From Dehalococcoidia bacterium (GTDB taxonomy: Bacteria; Chloroflexota; Dehalococcoidia; SM23-28-2; RBG-16-64-32), in assembly GCA_963665775.2 (NCBI GenBank), contig CAXXTF010000001.1, positions 448,001 to 512,000 of the forward strand: DNA of 64,000 nucleotides, written 5' to 3'. Under the pieces are notes generated by a model. That model saw nothing but the letters and a program-made list of their open reading frames with translations. It did not search any database and had not been told where the DNA came from. This document shows, in pieces, positions 61,498 to 64,000 of this stretch. A program made the translations under genes and the position numbers. Position 1 is the first letter of the stretch. Every line of letters starts with the position of its first letter.

Positions 61498-62220
61498 GTG
61501 AGCCAAGAGCCATCTGGCATGCCGAAGGAGATCATAGAAGATCTCAGGGAAGCAGCCACGCGGCGCGCCGCTGGCTGGCGTTGCTTCAGCCTGGGTTTCC
61601 AGGAGCCTACCCAGGACTTACTGGACGAGGGCTACCTGCTGGCCCTGGATGAGGCGGTCAACTGGATGGAGACCGGTCGAGATCGGTTTCGGGCTGGCTG
61701 GGACGCCATGGCGGAATTCCACAGCGCCGGCGGTAAGGATCAGGCGGCCCTGCTCACGGAGCTGAAGACGGAATACGCGCGAATGTTCCTCGGCTCGGAG
61801 GCCGCCCTGACGCCCCCGTACGAGTTCAAATATCGCGAGCGTGACGCCTCTGCCGACCCCCCCGTCGAGCTGGGCTCGCTCCTCGAGGCCGTGCGGGGCT
61901 TCTACCAGGAGGGTGGATGGCCGTCCGCCCCCTCGGCCGATGATGCGCCCGATCACCTGTCCACCGAGTGCGAATTCATGCACTACCTCGGCCGGCAGGA
62001 AGCGGACGCCTGGGGAGCGGGAGACGGGGCAAAGGGCAGGCAGTATCGCCTGCTGGAGCACCGCTTCCTGGAGGAGCACCTGGCGCATTGGTTGCTCGAT
62101 CTGTGCACCGAGGTTCTGTCTGCCAGCCGCAGCAAGTTCTACTGGGGCCTGGCCGATTTCGCCGGACACTATATCTCTCTGGAGACCGGCGCCGACTTCT
62201 ACGTCTCGTTCACTCCCTGA
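61498..62220 (+). CDS. TorD/DmsD family molecular chaperone
   Basis: EYARMFLG, PPYE-x-x-Y, PDHLSTECEFM, FLEEHL-x-x-W, FY. Confidence 0.85.
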   Translation: MSQEPSGMPKEIIEDLREAATRRAAGWRCFSLGFQEPTQDLLDEGYLLALDEAVNWMETGRDRFRAGWDAMAEFHSAGGKDQAALLTELKTEYARMFLGSEAALTPPYEFKYRERDASADPPVELGSLLEAVRGFYQEGGWPSAPSADDAPDHLSTECEFMHYLGRQEADAWGAGDGAKGRQYRLLEHRFLEEHLAHWLLDLCTEVLSASRSKFYWGLADFAGHYISLETGADFYVSFTP

Positions 62221-62424
62221 GGTCGCCCTAGTTATAGCTATCGGGGAGTGGCCGGCGCCGTACGAGTTGATCGTCTCATCACTACTTGAGCCCCGCGCGT
62301 AGGTGTGTACGGAAATGCCGGGCCGCGTCGGCCAAACTGAATCCAACTTGACTTCTTACGCTATCCACCCTTTTGTCACGTTTGTCATGGTGGATTGCTG
62401 CGGCCTAGCGCCTTCCATAAATGG

Positions 62425-62452
62425 CGAAAACCCCCGATGCAGGGGGATTTCG
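62425..62452 (-). terminator. Hairpin downstream of tRNA-Asp (probable terminator)
   Basis: CGAAAACCCCC-gatgca-GGGGGATTTCG. Confidence 0.5.
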
Positions 62453-62465
62453 TATCTAGTTTTCG

Positions 62466-62541
62466 TGGCGACCCCGATCGGATTCGAACCGACGATCTCC
62501 ACCGTGACAAGGTGGCATGTTAACCGCTACACCACGGGGCC
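62466..62541 (-). tRNA. tRNA-Asp(GTC)
   Basis: GGCCCCG acceptor stem, CCACC-TTGTCAC-GGTGG anticodon arm, GTTCGAATC T-loop, encoded CCA. Confidence 0.96.
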
Positions 62542-62707
62542 GCGCTGACGCCTGAAGGCCGCACTTTGGCAGCCGTATTCTACAGGGAAGGTGCGCGCGC
62601 GGTCAACAGCGTCTTGGTCGTATGCAGGTATCCTCCCGTGTCAGTCTCGTTTCTGGCGTTCCGTAAATGTGGCTCCGCTATATCTGAAATAAGGCTGGGT
62701 TATGTGG

Positions 62708-62736
62708 TTGACACTGGATAGGACGGCTACTACACT
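62708..62736 (+). promoter_or_regulatory. sigma70-type promoter of the str operon
   Basis: TTGACA-17 nt-TACACT. Confidence 0.7.
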
Positions 62737-62894
62737 TATAGTTTAGCGTCTAGTTCTAGGACTATGCGTCTAAATCAGCGGTCGAAAGACGTGGCCGGCG
62801 TGACCGACGATTCGTTAACTAGGGTCGAGATAAGCGTCGGCGCCCTTCGGAGGCGAAGGCTTTCGGCTTTTTTCAGGGGGAGAGGAATACGCAG

Positions 62895-63317
62895 GTGCCG
62901 ACCATAAACCAGCTTGTGCGTCACGGACGGAAGCCTCCGGTCAAGAAGACCAAGGCGCCGGCCCTGCGTTTCCATTTTAACGCCCTCAAGAACCGGCTTC
63001 TCCGTGGGCCGGGCAGCCCCCAAAAGCGTGGCGTATGCACCAACGTGCGTACCCAGACGCCCAAGAAGCCGAACTCCGCCCTGCGCAAGGTGGCTCGTGT
63101 CCGTCTCACCAACGGCATCGAGGTCACAGCATACATCCCGGGCGAGGGTCATACCCTGCAGGAGCACTCGGTAGTCCTGATCCGGGGCGGCCGAGTCAAG
63201 GACCTGCCTGGGGTCCGCTACCATATAGTAAGAGGCACCCTGGACACCGCGGGCGTCCAGGGTCGTATGCAGCAGCGCAGCAAGTACGGGTCCCGCCGGA
63301 CCGAAGGTTCGCGCTAG
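62895..63317 (+). CDS. rpsL: 30S ribosomal protein S12
   Basis: [29 protein letters not shown]. Confidence 0.98.
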   Translation: MPTINQLVRHGRKPPVKKTKAPALRFHFNALKNRLLRGPGSPQKRGVCTNVRTQTPKKPNSALRKVARVRLTNGIEVTAYIPGEGHTLQEHSVVLIRGGRVKDLPGVRYHIVRGTLDTAGVQGRMQQRSKYGSRRTEGSR

Positions 63318-63334
63318 GAGCCGGAGGATATCCA

Positions 63335-63805
63335 GTGCCGCGACGCGGTAGAGTAGTACGCCGTCAGACGCCGCCTGATGCCAAGTACGGCAGCGCCTGG
63401 ACGCAGATGATGATCAATAGAATTATGAAAAACGGTAAGAAGAGCGTGGCCGAGCGCATCATGTATCAAGCCCTTGATCAGGTTGAGGAGCGGACCCATG
63501 AAGACCCGCGTCAAGTGTTCGAGCAGGCGGTGCGCAGGGTGATGCCGATGTTAGAGGTAAAACCGCGGCGGGTGGGAGGCGCTACCTACCAGATCCCGAT
63601 AGAGGTGCGCCCCGCACGGCAGCTCTCTCTGGCAATGCGTTGGATTCTCGGAGCTGCCCGTGCCCGTCAGGGCCGGCCCATGCCCGAGAGGCTGGCCGTC
63701 GAGATCATCGACGCCTACCGCGAGCAGGGCACCGCTATCAAGCGGCGGGACGACACCCACCGTATGGCTGACGCTAACAAGGCGTTCGTCCACTACCGAT
63801 GGTAG
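63335..63805 (+). CDS. rpsG: 30S ribosomal protein S7
   Basis: GTG start giving PRRG, GKKS-x-A, RRVGGATYQ, HRMADANKAF-x-HYRW. Confidence 0.97.
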   Translation: MPRRGRVVRRQTPPDAKYGSAWTQMMINRIMKNGKKSVAERIMYQALDQVEERTHEDPRQVFEQAVRRVMPMLEVKPRRVGGATYQIPIEVRPARQLSLAMRWILGAARARQGRPMPERLAVEIIDAYREQGTAIKRRDDTHRMADANKAFVHYRW

Positions 63806-63875
63806 TGGCTAGCGGGCATGGGTTGTAGGCGTGCTCCGTGTGCACGCAGGGAAAGTAGGAGTTAGGACTAGGGCT

Positions 63876-64000
63876 GTGCCTATGGAGATAGAAAAGGTAC
63901 GTAACATAGGGATCATCGCGCATATCGATGCCGGTAAGACCACCGTCACCGAGCGAATTCTCTACTACACCGGTCGCACCTACAAGATCGGTGACGTAGA
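63876..64000 (+). CDS. fusA: Elongation factor G (5' part, truncated by the window edge)
   Basis: Hand translation: (VP)[31 protein letters not shown]. Confidence 0.95.
   Translation, partial: MPMEIEKVRNIGIIAHIDAGKTTVTERILYYTGRTYKIGDV

Noticed and set aside
26138-61506. Long antisense ORFs (e.g. 26138-27409, 37555-39024, 44473-45849, 48686-51808, 56584-61506)
   Set aside because: Shadow ORFs expected opposite real genes in high-GC DNA; no independent motifs
51926-62541. Integrative element at tRNA-Asp
   Set aside because: No integrase and no duplicated tRNA 3' end found near 52.0 kb or 62.3 kb

Overview
GC-rich bacterial chromosome segment, most likely Chloroflexota (class Dehalococcoidia-like), inferred from gene content, synteny and the RpoB/RpoC insertions. 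It is mostly housekeeping: the 5' part of the atp operon (atpZ/I-B-E-F-H), pyrF, a MoxR-DUF58-DUF4129 operon, cinA, an rpmH-rnpA-yidD-[beta-propeller lipoprotein]-yidC-jag cluster without dnaA, pyrG, purA, rpsO-pnp-dapB-[SQR-like]-asd-dapA, pepA, yacL-ispD-ispF-cysE-cysS-coaX-coaBC, rpoB-rpoC, tRNA-Asp and rpsL-rpsG-fusA. The main accessory region (about 52.1-62.2 kb) holds a xanthine-oxidase-family molybdoenzyme (M-S-L) with an atypical active-site loop. Divergent from it are four class III CoA-transferases in A-B-A'-B' order, where only B and B' keep the catalytic Asp, followed by an orphan TorD/DmsD chaperone. Smaller notable signals: a REP-like repeat inserted in-frame in rpoC and ispD, candidate ATC and ATT start codons, unusual pyrG and purA leaders, a perfect 27-bp palindrome at a frameshift in a TolB-like gene, and several probable leaderless mRNAs. 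No CRISPR array, rRNA, integrase or transposase was seen. All family calls come from motif recognition by eye; no searches were run.
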